NCBI GenBank assembly: GCA_963709425.1
Contig: CAVPWG010000004.1
Span: 39,971 to 103,970 of the forward strand
DNA from: an uncultured Actinomycetes bacterium
GTDB taxonomy: Bacteria; Actinomycetota; Thermoleophilia; Gaiellales; JAICJC01
DNA: 64,000 nt
Direction of reading: 5' to 3'
The notes under the pieces were generated by a model that ran no database searches, was not told the DNA's origin, and worked only from the letters and a program-made list of their open reading frames with translations. Shown here one piece after another: positions 46,870-55,597 of this stretch. The translations under genes were made by a program, and so were the position numbers. Position 1 is the first letter of the stretch, and the number at the start of each line of letters is the position of its first letter.

Positions 46870-48279
46870 TCACTCTCCGCTCGCCGCCGGCTCGAGGTGT
46901 GGACCGAGCGAGTAGTCGTCGTGGCACGAGAGGAACCCCCCGTACCCCGGCTCGACGACGATCTCGCCGTCGGCGAACACGGTCTCGCCGCGCACGAGGG
47001 TCCGGACGACCCGGGCCCGCACCCGCCGCCCGTCGAACGGCGACCACGGGTTCTTCGAGAACTGCTGGCTCTTCGCGTCGACCACCCACTCCGACTCGAG
47101 GTCGTAGAGGGCAACGTCGGCGTCGGCGCCCGGCTGCAGCGACCCCTTGCGCGGGTAGAGGCCGGCGATCCGGGCGGCGTTCGTCGACGAGAAGCGGACG
47201 AACGCGTCGAGCGGCATTCCGCGGCGGTGGTAGGCCTCGTCGAGCACGAGCGGCACCGTCTCCTGGATCACCTGGCAGCCGAGGAGCGCGTCGAAGATGT
47301 CCACCCAGCCCGGCTCCTTCTCGGCAAGCGTGTAGGCCGAGTGGTCGGAGATGAGGCAGTCGGCCGTCCCGTCGAGCACGGCGTCCCACAACCGCTCCAC
47401 GAGCGCGCGCTCGCGCAGCGCCGGGGCGCTCACCCCGTACGGGCCGAGCCGCACGAGATCGTCGAGGTCGAGCAGCAGGTGGTGCGGGCAGACCTCCATC
47501 GTCGCGGGCCGCCCCTCGGCCTTCTCGCGCCGCACGAGATCCGCGCTGACCGGGCTCGACACGTGGACGATCTGGATCCGCACGCCGGCGTGCGCCGCGA
47601 GGAAGAGCGCGCGGTGCACCGCCTCCTCCTCGACGAACGGCGGCCGCGCCTCGTGGTGGGCCAGCGGGTCGCGACGGCCCGCAGCCGCCATCCGCGCCAG
47701 CCCGTCCCGGAGCAGCGAATCGCTCTCGGCATGGACGAGCACGAGTCCTCCGAGCTCCTTCACGCGCCGCATCCCTTCGAGGAACTCGGCGTCGGAGACG
47801 TTTGGATATGACGGATCCGAGATCGGCATGAAGGCCTTGAACCCGGGTGCACCCTCCTGCCACTGGGCGGCGATCTCCGGGAGCGACGGCGCGGTCAGGG
47901 CACCCCACAGGCCGAAGTCGACGACCACCTTCTCGCGGGCCATCTCGCGCTTCTGGCGGTAGAGCTCAGCGGTCGTCACGGGCGGGTACGTGAGCGGGTG
48001 CTCCATCACGGTGGTGAACCCGCCGGCTGCGGCCGACATCGTGCCGGTCGTGAAGTCCTCGCGCTCGGTGTGGCCCGGGTCCTCGAAGTGGGAGTGCATG
48101 TCGATCGCGCCCGGCATGACGACGAGCCCGGACGCGTCGATCAGCTCGTCGGCATCCCCGGCGGTGCCGGGATCGGCGATCGCCGCCACGCGGCCGGCTT
48201 CGATGACGACGTCGGCCTTCATGGTGCCGTCGTGGGTCGCGAGCGTGCCGCCGGCGATGACCGTGCGGCGCCCGCTCAC
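46870..48279 (-). CDS. Cyclic amidohydrolase (allantoinase/hydantoinase-like), intact
   Basis: GGAGGG lies upstream of GTG 48279. Motifs are MPGAIDMHSHF (HxH), PGFKAFM (carbamylated Lys), VLVHAES, IVHVSS, and LISDHS. 469 aa. Confidence 0.85.
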   Translation of the reverse strand: MSGRRTVIAGGTLATHDGTMKADVVIEAGRVAAIADPGTAGDADELIDASGLVVMPGAIDMHSHFEDPGHTEREDFTTGTMSAAAGGFTTVMEHPLTYPPVTTAELYRQKREMAREKVVVDFGLWGALTAPSLPEIAAQWQEGAPGFKAFMPISDPSYPNVSDAEFLEGMRRVKELGGLVLVHAESDSLLRDGLARMAAAGRRDPLAHHEARPPFVEEEAVHRALFLAAHAGVRIQIVHVSSPVSADLVRREKAEGRPATMEVCPHHLLLDLDDLVRLGPYGVSAPALRERALVERLWDAVLDGTADCLISDHSAYTLAEKEPGWVDIFDALLGCQVIQETVPLVLDEAYHRRGMPLDAFVRFSSTNAARIAGLYPRKGSLQPGADADVALYDLESEWVVDAKSQQFSKNPWSPFDGRRVRARVVRTLVRGETVFADGEIVVEPGYGGFLSCHDDYSLGPHLEPAASGE

Positions 48280-48914
48280 TCGTCGCCCTCCGCGTGCATG
48301 CGACGCAGGACGGGGCCGGGGACGCCGAGCGTCCCCATGTGATGCACCAGCCGCCCGCGGGCGTCCTGCCAGCTGTCGCCGAGCCACGCCCGCAGGCCCA
48401 GGCCGTCGATGAGCCGCGCCAGGACGGCCGCCTCGGCGGCGGCGTCGACGTTTGCGAGCAGGCCCGCCTCGCGCGCCCGCCCGAGGATCCCTCGGATTTC
48501 GCGCTCCCAGGCGGCGTCGGTCTCGACGAGCTCGGCCGCGAAGACGGGATCGCGGCCGGCGTACGTCCACATCTCGGCCCAGAGCCGCCACTCCGCCCGC
48601 CGTTCGGGGTCAGACGGCAGCGCCAGGTGGACGAGGGTGACCAGTTGCTCCTCCGGCGCGCCCGCACCGGCGAGCCCGCGGTGGAGCTCGTCGAACCAGT
48701 CCTCGGACGCCGCGAGGAAGGCCCCGACGATCACCGCCTGCTTGTCGGGGAAGTAGTGCGTGAGGACGCCGGTCGTGAAGCCGCCCTCGCGCGAGATGTC
48801 GCGCATGGTCGTCGTCTCGAGGCCGTTTCGGGCGATGACGCGGCACGCCGCCTCGCACACCTCGCGCCGGCGCCGCTCGTGGCGTTCGCTCGTCGACGGG
48901 TGCGACGCGCTCAC
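48276..48914 (-). CDS. TetR-family transcriptional regulator
   Basis: GTG 48914 sits in a GTGA overlap with the upstream stop. The HTH is TTMRDISREGGFTTGVLTHYFPDK. Confidence 0.85.
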   Translation of the reverse strand: MSASHPSTSERHERRRREVCEAACRVIARNGLETTTMRDISREGGFTTGVLTHYFPDKQAVIVGAFLAASEDWFDELHRGLAGAGAPEEQLVTLVHLALPSDPERRAEWRLWAEMWTYAGRDPVFAAELVETDAAWEREIRGILGRAREAGLLANVDAAAEAAVLARLIDGLGLRAWLGDSWQDARGRLVHHMGTLGVPGPVLRRMHAEGDE

Positions 48915-50134
48915 AGGAGCGACCTCAGCGTCTCGGCGAGAACGGCGATCGCCGCGGCGATGTCCGCCTCGTCGGAGAGCTCGTCGGGGCGGTGGCTCGC
49001 GCCGCCGTTCAGGCTTCGGACGAAGAGCATCCCCGCGTCGACCCCGGCCGCGGCCAGGATACCGGCGTCGTGACCGGCGCCGGACGTGATCTCGGCGATC
49101 GGGACACCGAGGCCGCCCGCGGCGGTCCGGACCGCGCCGCGGACGCGGCTCGACAGCCGGACCGGCTCGGCGCGCCAGCCGCGGACCGCGTCGACGCCGC
49201 AGCGGTTGCGTGCCGCCACCTCGGCGGCGACGGCGGGCACCGCGGCGACCAGGAGATCCAGTGCCTCCGCGCTCGGGGCGCGCACGTCGACGCTCACCCG
49301 GGCGACCCCGGGGATCACGTTCGAGGCGGGATTCGGGATCGCCACGTCGCCGATCGTGGCGACGGAGCCCGGGATCTCGAGGGCGCGGTCGCGCAGACGC
49401 AGGGTGAGCTCGGCGCACGCGGCGAAGGCGTCGCTGCGCTCGCCCATCGGCACCGTTCCCGCGTGGCCCGACGAGCCGTGAAAGGTGACGGAGAAGCCGG
49501 CCATGCCGGCGATCGCGGCGACGTCTCCGAGCGCTGCGCCGGCCGTCTCGAGCATCGGGCCCTGCTCGATGTGCACCTCGACGTAGGCCGTGGGCAGGGC
49601 GACCTCGACCGGCGGCCCGGGCAGCCCGAGCGCGGCGAGCGCCTCGGCGGCCGAAACCCCTGCGGAGTCGCGCTCGGCGAGGTCGGCGGGGCCGGCCTGA
49701 CCCGCCACGCAGCGGCTGCCGAAGCACCCCTGGCCGAACCGCCACCCCTCCTCGTCGCGGAAGACAACGACGGCGAGCGGAGCCTCGCGCCGGTCGGCGG
49801 CCACCTCGGACACCGCCTCGAGCGCGGCGACGACTCCCAGCGCGCCGTCGAAACGCCCTCCGGACGGGACCGTGTCGAGATGGGAGCCGGACCAGATCTC
49901 GGCGGCCGCCGTGCGGCCGGCCGGCCGGGCGTACAGATTGCCGGCGCCGTCGCGCGAAACGGCCATCCCGGCCTCCTGGCACCAGCCGGCGACGAGGGCG
50001 TACGCCCCTTCCTCGGCGGCGCTCAGGCCGGGCCGGGTGATGCCGCCGCCTTCGCCCACGGCGCCCACGCGGGCGAGGAGGTCGAGCCTCTCCATCGCCC
50101 TCTCGGCACGGGGGATGCTGGTGGTCGGCGGCAT
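48911..50134 (-). CDS. M20-family amidase: N-carbamoyl-amino-acid hydrolase / allantoate amidohydrolase type
   Basis: SGSHLDTVPSGGRFDGALGV, FRDEEG and GHAGTVPM are present. 407 aa. An alternative start is M14 at 50095. Confidence 0.85.
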   Translation of the reverse strand: MPPTTSIPRAERAMERLDLLARVGAVGEGGGITRPGLSAAEEGAYALVAGWCQEAGMAVSRDGAGNLYARPAGRTAAAEIWSGSHLDTVPSGGRFDGALGVVAALEAVSEVAADRREAPLAVVVFRDEEGWRFGQGCFGSRCVAGQAGPADLAERDSAGVSAAEALAALGLPGPPVEVALPTAYVEVHIEQGPMLETAGAALGDVAAIAGMAGFSVTFHGSSGHAGTVPMGERSDAFAACAELTLRLRDRALEIPGSVATIGDVAIPNPASNVIPGVARVSVDVRAPSAEALDLLVAAVPAVAAEVAARNRCGVDAVRGWRAEPVRLSSRVRGAVRTAAGGLGVPIAEITSGAGHDAGILAAAGVDAGMLFVRSLNGGASHRPDELSDEADIAAAIAVLAETLRSLL

Positions 50135-50135
50135 T

Positions 50136-50156
50136 CGGAGTCTTCGCTAGACTCGG
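50136..50156. promoter_or_regulatory. Imperfect inverted repeat (GAGTCT-n5-AGACTC) in the divergent promoter region; candidate TetR operator
   Basis: The sequence is cggagtcttcgctagactcgg. It lies immediately upstream of the carbamoylase/TetR operon start, in a locally AT-richer 55-bp gap facing the SDR operon. Confidence 0.3.
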
Positions 50157-50189
50157 ACATCATAATGGTTGTTATGGACTGAGTGGGCT

Positions 50190-50973
50190 GTGGATCTCGG
50201 ACTTCAGGGGTGTGTTGCGATCGTGGGCGGAGCGTCGTCCGGGATGGGCCGGTCGTGTGCCGTCGCGCTCGGCCGGGAAGGGTGCAACGTCGCGCTCTTC
50301 GCCCGCCGGGCCGAGCTCCTGGACGAGGCCGTCGCCGAGATCGAGGCCCTCGGATCGGGCGCCGCCGCACTCGCCGTGCCCGGCAATTCGGCGCAGCCGG
50401 CCGATCTCCAGGCGCTCGTCGACCGCACGCTCGAGCGCTTCGGGCGCCTCGACATCGTCGTCAACAACACCGGCGGCCCACCCGCCGGGAGCTTCGAGGA
50501 CTTCGACGACGATGCCTGGCGGACGGCGTGGGACATGACCCTGATGTCGACGCTCCGCCTCACCCGACTCGCGCTGCCCGAGCTCCGAAGGAGCGGCCGC
50601 GGGCGCGTCGTCAACATCACGTCGTCGGCGGTGAAGGAGCCGAGCGCCGGGCTACTGCTCTCGAACACCTACCGGCCGGGTGTGATCGGCTGGGCGAAGA
50701 CCCTCTCCCAGGACGAGGGGCCAGCACGGGATCACCGTGAACTCCATCGCGCCCGGGTACATCGACACCGAGCGGATGCAGAACCTCTATGCCGGCGGGG
50801 CCGACCCGGAGGCCGACCGCCGCCGCGACGAGGGGCTCATCCCGGCCCGCCGGTTCGGCGATCCGGCCGAGATCGGCGACCTGTGCGCGTTCCTCTGCTC
50901 GACGCGCGCGGCGTACCTGAACGGCATCACCGTCCTCGTCGACGGCGGCCTGGCGAAGGGGCTCCTGAGCTGA
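50190..50973 (+). pseudogene. SDR-family oxidoreductase (SDR1), one +1 frame switch
   Basis: GTG 50190 gives VDLGLQGCVAIVGGASSGMGR...NITSSAVKEP...SNTYRPGVIGWAKTLSQDE. Near 50714-50724 the sequence continues in the next frame as GQHGITVNSIAPGYIDTERM...VLVDGGLAKGLLS, to the stop at 50971-50973. Confidence 0.8.
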
Positions 50974-51752
50974 CCGATCAGCTCGCCGGCAAGTCGATCG
51001 TCGTCACCGGCGGATCGTCGGGCCTGGGCCGCGCGATGGCCATCGCGTTCGCCGCCGAGGGTGCCGACGTCGTGATCGGCGACGTGCGCGAGGATCCGCG
51101 CGAGGGGGGCAGGCCGACGGTCGAGCTGATCGCGGAGGAGGGCGGGTCGGCCGTCTACCTCGAAGCCGACGCGGCCCGCTGGGACGACATTGACCGGCTG
51201 GTGCGAACGGCGGTCGAGCGGCGGGGGCGCCTGGACGTGATGGTCAACAATGCGATCGTGGCCGGCCCGCACTCGAAGGGGCTCCTCGAGACGACCGAGG
51301 GCGACTGGGACGCGATCATGGACGTCGGCCTGCGCGGTGTCTTCCTGTGCTGCAAGCGGGCCGTCCAGCAGATGCTCCTCCAGGAGCCGGTGGCCGAGGC
51401 GCGCGGGCGGATCATCAACCTGTCCTCCCAGCACGGCATGATCGGAGCTCCCGGGCACGTCGCCTACTGCACCGCCAAGGGCGGGGTCGTCAACCTGACC
51501 CGCCAGGTGGCCGTCGACTTCGGCCCGCGCGGGATCATCGTGAACGCGATCGCTCCCGGCAAGATCCTGACCCGGCCGGCCGACGAGCCCGACTCGCCCG
51601 CGGTGCTCGCCTACTCGCACGCCCGGACGCCCTTCGCGCGCCTGGGCCGGCCCGCCGACGTCGCCGCCGCAGCCGTCTTCCTGGCTTCCGACGAGTGCAG
51701 CTACGTGAGCGGGACGAACCTGCTCGTCGACGGCGGTTGGATGGCGTACTGA
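50970..51752 (+). CDS. SDR-family oxidoreductase (SDR2); no canonical start codon near its N-terminus
   Basis: GKSIVVTGGSSGLGRA, NNA, SSQHG, YCTAKGG and a C-terminal LLVDGGWMAY are present. The only nearby in-frame initiator candidate is CTG 50970, in a CTGA overlap with the SDR1 stop. The next candidate is GTG 50883. Confidence 0.8.
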   Translation: MTDQLAGKSIVVTGGSSGLGRAMAIAFAAEGADVVIGDVREDPREGGRPTVELIAEEGGSAVYLEADAARWDDIDRLVRTAVERRGRLDVMVNNAIVAGPHSKGLLETTEGDWDAIMDVGLRGVFLCCKRAVQQMLLQEPVAEARGRIINLSSQHGMIGAPGHVAYCTAKGGVVNLTRQVAVDFGPRGIIVNAIAPGKILTRPADEPDSPAVLAYSHARTPFARLGRPADVAAAAVFLASDECSYVSGTNLLVDGGWMAY

Positions 51753-52703
51753 TGCGCGCCGCCGTCGTCCACGAGCTGGGCGCGACGCCGGTCGTGGAAG
51801 AGCGCGACGAGCCCGTTCGCGGCGAGACGCAGGCGCTCGTCGCCACCGCGGCTGCCGGTCTGAACCCGGTCGACCTCGCCATCGCTGCGGGCGTCTTCTA
51901 CGGCGGCCATCCGCCGCTGCCGTTCACCGCCGGGCGCGAGGGCGTCGGCCGGGTGCTCGAAGGGTCAGCGTTCGCGCCGGGTGCGCTCGTGGCAACCCTG
52001 AAGACCGCGAGCGGCTCGCTCGCCGAGCGGTTCGTCGCAGACGAGTCGGAGCTGTGGGAGATCCCCGGCGACGCGAACCCGGTCGCGGCGGCGGCGCTCG
52101 GCATCGCCGGCATCGCCGGCTGGCTGGCGGTCGCGGAGCGCGGACGTCTGCAGGCGGGAGATCGGGTGCTCGTGCTCGGCGCGACCGGCACGGTCGGCTC
52201 GGTGGCGGTGCAGGCGGCGCGGCTCCTGGGCGCCTCGCGCGTGGTCGCAGGCGGGGCGTGACGCGGGGCGGCTGGAGCGGGCGCGGCGCCTCGGGGCCGA
52301 CGCGGTGGTGGCCCTCGACGGCGGCGACACCGGCGAGGCGATCCGGGCGGCCTTCCCGGACGGCGGCCCCGATCTCGTCGTCGACCCGCTGTGGGGACCG
52401 CCGGCGCTGGCGGCGATCTCCGTCGCCCCGGTCGGCATGCGGCTCGTCAACCTCGGCCAGTCGGCAGGCGCCTCCGTCGACCTCGCGTCGGCCGCGGTCC
52501 GAGGCAGGCTGCTCGAGATCATCGGCCACACCGTCTTCGAGGCACCGCACGACGACCTCGCCGGAGCGCATCGGGCGATGCTCACCCACGTCGCCGCGGG
52601 CGAGCTCGACGTCGACATCGAGACCTACCCGCTCGAGCGCACGCCCGAGGCCTGGGACATCCAGCGCTCCGGGCCGAACCACAAGCCCGTCGTCACCGTC
52701 TGA
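51752..52703 (+). pseudogene. Quinone-oxidoreductase-like MDR protein, one +1 frame switch
   Basis: MRAAVVHELGA...VLVLGATGTVGSVAVQAARLLGASRVVAGG hits a stop at 52259. The next frame continues as RDAGRLERARRLGADAVVALDGGD...HKPVVTV. The switch lies in the run gcggggcg at 52251-52258. Confidence 0.75.
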
Positions 52704-52871
52704 GCCCCCGCCGACGGTAGGCCTTGTGGGCTGAGCTTGTGCGGCGGGCCTTCGTGTTCGGCAGGTGTCACGAAAGCCAATTGACACTCACCGCGCGGCC
52801 AAGTGGCCACGCCCAACCAGCCGACCGGCCCGTGCCTCGGGCACCCCCCACCACCACGGCCGCCCTCTGCC

Positions 52872-53906
52872 CTACGGAGCCAGCAGCACCCGCCCGTAGT
52901 GCGCCCGCGTCCGAAGGAGCTCCTGCGCCCGACCGGCATCCTCCAGCGGCAGCACGGTCTCGATCGCAGGCGGGTCGATCAGCCCGTCGCCGAGCAGGCG
53001 CAGCACCTCCCACAGCTCGCGGCGCGAGCCGTCGCTGGAGCCGATCACGGTGATCTGGCGGGCGAAGAGGTCGATCAGGTCGAGCTCGACCCGTGGCCCC
53101 GACGATGCGCCGCAGATCACGATGCGGCCCTTGTTGGCGAGCGCCGCGAGCGCCTCGGGCACGGCCGCGGCACCGACGTGGTCGACGACGAGGTCGACGC
53201 CGCGGCCGCCGGTCAGGCGGCGCACCTCGGCGCCCCATCCCGCACGTGTGTAGTCGACGGCGTGCTCGACGCCGGCCGCCAGCGCCCGCTCCCGTTTGGC
53301 CTCGGTCGAGGCCGTCGCGATCACCCGGGCGCCGGCGAACCGGGCGAGCGCGATCGCCGCGCCGCCCACGCCCGAGCCCGCCGCGGTGACGAGGACGGTT
53401 TCGCCGGGGTGCAGACCCGCTCGCGAGAACAGCATGTGGTAGGCGGTCAGGTAGACCGACCCCGCGGCGGCGGCGGTCTCGTACGAGAGTCCCTCCGGGA
53501 GCGCGAACAGGTTGCGGACGGGCGCCGCGATCTGCTCGGCGTACCCGCCGTCGCGGTTCACTCCCATGACGCCGTACTCGGCGCACGCCGCCTCGTCACC
53601 CTCCAGGCAGTACGGGCAGCGGCCGCACGAGAAGTCGTAGTGGACGTACACCCGCATGCCCGGCGGCACGTCCGTGACGCCCTCCGCCACCGTTACCACC
53701 TCGCCGGCGACGTCGTAGCCGGGGATCACCGGGAGCACCGCGCCGTAGGCATGGCCGACGTCCTCCCGCACCCAGATGTCGAGCCGGTTCACCGCGACGG
53801 CCGCGACACGAACGACCGCCTCACCGGCTGCGGGGGCCGGCACAGGCCGGTCGACCAGCCGCAGCACCTCCGGGCCGCCGTGCTCGGACATGACGATGGC
53901 GCGCAT
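52872..53906 (-). CDS. Zinc-dependent alcohol dehydrogenase (MDR) family oxidoreductase
   Basis: MRAIVMSEHGGPEVL...CGRCPYCLEGDEAAC (structural Zn)...VTAAGSGVGGAAI. It is a paralog of 45109..46134. The start overlaps the SDR3 stop (TGATG). Confidence 0.9.
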   Translation of the reverse strand: MRAIVMSEHGGPEVLRLVDRPVPAPAAGEAVVRVAAVAVNRLDIWVREDVGHAYGAVLPVIPGYDVAGEVVTVAEGVTDVPPGMRVYVHYDFSCGRCPYCLEGDEAACAEYGVMGVNRDGGYAEQIAAPVRNLFALPEGLSYETAAAAGSVYLTAYHMLFSRAGLHPGETVLVTAAGSGVGGAAIALARFAGARVIATASTEAKRERALAAGVEHAVDYTRAGWGAEVRRLTGGRGVDLVVDHVGAAAVPEALAALANKGRIVICGASSGPRVELDLIDLFARQITVIGSSDGSRRELWEVLRLLGDGLIDPPAIETVLPLEDAGRAQELLRTRAHYGRVLLAP

Positions 53907-54676
53907 CAGTAGGCCATCCAGCCGCCGTCGACCAACAGGTTGATGCCGCTCGTATAGCTCGCCGGGCCCGCCAGATACGACACGGCCGCGGCGACGTCCT
54001 CGGACCGGCCCAGGCGCGGAAATGGCGTGCGCGAGCGGACGTACGCCAGCCCCTCCTCGCTCGCCGAGAGGTCGCCCGCCGTCCCGGTCACGATCTTGCC
54101 GGGCGCGACCGCGTTGCACAGGATGCCCTGCGGTCCGTAGTCGACGGCGATCTGGCGGGTCATCTGCACGAGGCCGCCCTTCCCGACGCTGTAGGCGAAG
54201 TGGCCGGGGCAGCCGACCATACCGTGCTGCGACGTGATGTTCACGATCCGGCCGCGGGCGTCTCCGACGAGCGGCTGCGTGAGCATCTGGCGCACCGCCG
54301 CACGGCATAGCAGGTAGGGGCCGCGCAGGTTGACGGCCATCATCGCGTCCCAGTCCGCGGGCGCGGTCGCGAGCAGGGGCTTGGAGTGGTCGCCCGCGAG
54401 AACGGCGTTGTTCACGATGACATCGAGCGCCCCGGTGCGCTCGACGGCCGTCGCCACGAGCAGGTCGCAGTCGGCAGCCGACGAGACGTCTGCCTCAACG
54501 TGCACGGCGCTTCGCCCGGCGGCCCGGATCAGCTCCTCGGTCGGCTCGCCGCCCGTGATCGGATCTCGGCGGATGTCTCCGAGGACGACGTCGAACCCGT
54601 CGTCGGCGAGACGGACCGCCACGGCCCGGCCGATGCCGGATGCCGCCCCCGTGACGACGGCGCTGCGCTGACTCAT
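53906..54676 (-). CDS. SDR-family oxidoreductase (SDR3), paralog of SDR2
   Basis: AVVTGAASGIGRA, NNA, TSQHG, YSVGKGG and a C-terminal LLVDGGWMAY are present. Confidence 0.9.
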   Translation of the reverse strand: MSQRSAVVTGAASGIGRAVAVRLADDGFDVVLGDIRRDPITGGEPTEELIRAAGRSAVHVEADVSSAADCDLLVATAVERTGALDVIVNNAVLAGDHSKPLLATAPADWDAMMAVNLRGPYLLCRAAVRQMLTQPLVGDARGRIVNITSQHGMVGCPGHFAYSVGKGGLVQMTRQIAVDYGPQGILCNAVAPGKIVTGTAGDLSASEEGLAYVRSRTPFPRLGRSEDVAAAVSYLAGPASYTSGINLLVDGGWMAY

Positions 54677-54705
54677 TTCCGTTCCTCCTGGTTCATACTG
54701 ACGCG

Positions 54706-55251
54706 ATGCCCGGCGTCGCCTTCGTCGCCCACTGCCTGCTCAACCAGAACTCGAAGACGCACGGCGGCGCGCGCTGCCCCGGCGTCTACTCGCCGCTGGT
54801 CGAAGAGCTCCGCGAGCGCGGCTGGCGGATCGAGCAGATGCCGTGCCCCGAGCTCGCGTTCACCGGCCTGCACCGGTTCTGGGCCGTCAAGGAGCAGCTC
54901 GACACCTCGGCCTACCGCCGCCACTGCCGCCGGATCGCCTCCGCCGTCGCCGGCGCCATCGAGGTGCACGTCCGCCGCGGCGACGAGGTGATCCTGGTTG
55001 GGATCGAGGGCAGCCCGTCGATGGGCGTCCACGTGACGAGCTCCGACCCCGCGCGCGGCGGGCGGCCGGAATGGCCCGACGGCTCCGACGAGCTCTCGCC
55101 CGGCAGCGGCATCTTCATCGAGGAGATCACGGCGGAGCTCGCCGAGCGCGGCGTGCCGACGCCCCGCGCCATGGGGATCTCCCACCAGCTCCCCGACCAC
55201 GACCCGGCCGCCGAGCGAGCGGCGCTTCGGGATCTCATGGAGGCCGAGTAG
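54706..55251 (+). CDS. TudS/DUF523-related Cys-motif protein (copy 2)
   Basis: VAHCLLNQNSK, GARCPGVYSP, QMPCPELAF, YRRHCRR and GIEGSPSMGV are present. Paralog of 44552..45112. Confidence 0.6.
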   Translation: MPGVAFVAHCLLNQNSKTHGGARCPGVYSPLVEELRERGWRIEQMPCPELAFTGLHRFWAVKEQLDTSAYRRHCRRIASAVAGAIEVHVRRGDEVILVGIEGSPSMGVHVTSSDPARGGRPEWPDGSDELSPGSGIFIEEITAELAERGVPTPRAMGISHQLPDHDPAAERAALRDLMEAE

Positions 55252-55593
55252 GTGGACGCCGACAAGCGCGGCTTCCGCGTCGCGCTCGTCGCCGGCGAGC
55301 TCCTGAACCCGGTCGCCGGCCGGCTCGACGCCCTGGCCGTGCTCGAGCAGGAGGACTGGGGCGCGATCCAGCTCCCGGCCGTCGAGTACCCCGACGAGGT
55401 CGCCGGGCCGCTGCTCGAGCAGGTCGCCGAGCAGGCCGAGGAGTTCGCCCGAAACGGCTACACGCTCGCCGTGATCCGGGGCCGCGCCGGCCTCGACGAG
55501 GCCCTCGCCCGCCATGGCGTCGCAGCCCCGCCGGCGATCGATCCTGCGACCGCCGACGAGCTGCGGGCGTTCCTCGCGAAGACGGCCCGGTGA
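55252..55593 (+). CDS. Small partner protein of the TudS-like gene (copy 2), unknown function
   Basis: GTG 55252 directly follows stop TAG 55249-55251. 113 aa, acidic. Paralog of 44257..44562. Confidence 0.5.
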   Translation: MDADKRGFRVALVAGELLNPVAGRLDALAVLEQEDWGAIQLPAVEYPDEVAGPLLEQVAEQAEEFARNGYTLAVIRGRAGLDEALARHGVAAPPAIDPATADELRAFLAKTAR

Positions 55594-55597
55594 CCGC

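Noticed and set aside
50169-51752. The 527-aa ORF read as a genuine two-domain SDR-SDR fusion protein.
   Set aside because: The ~85 aa joining the halves read RDHRELHRARVHRHRADAEPLCRRGRPGGRPPP..., while the +1 frame there encodes the proper SDR1 C-terminus (GITVNSIAPGYIDTERM...). The fusion is a by-product of a frame switch.
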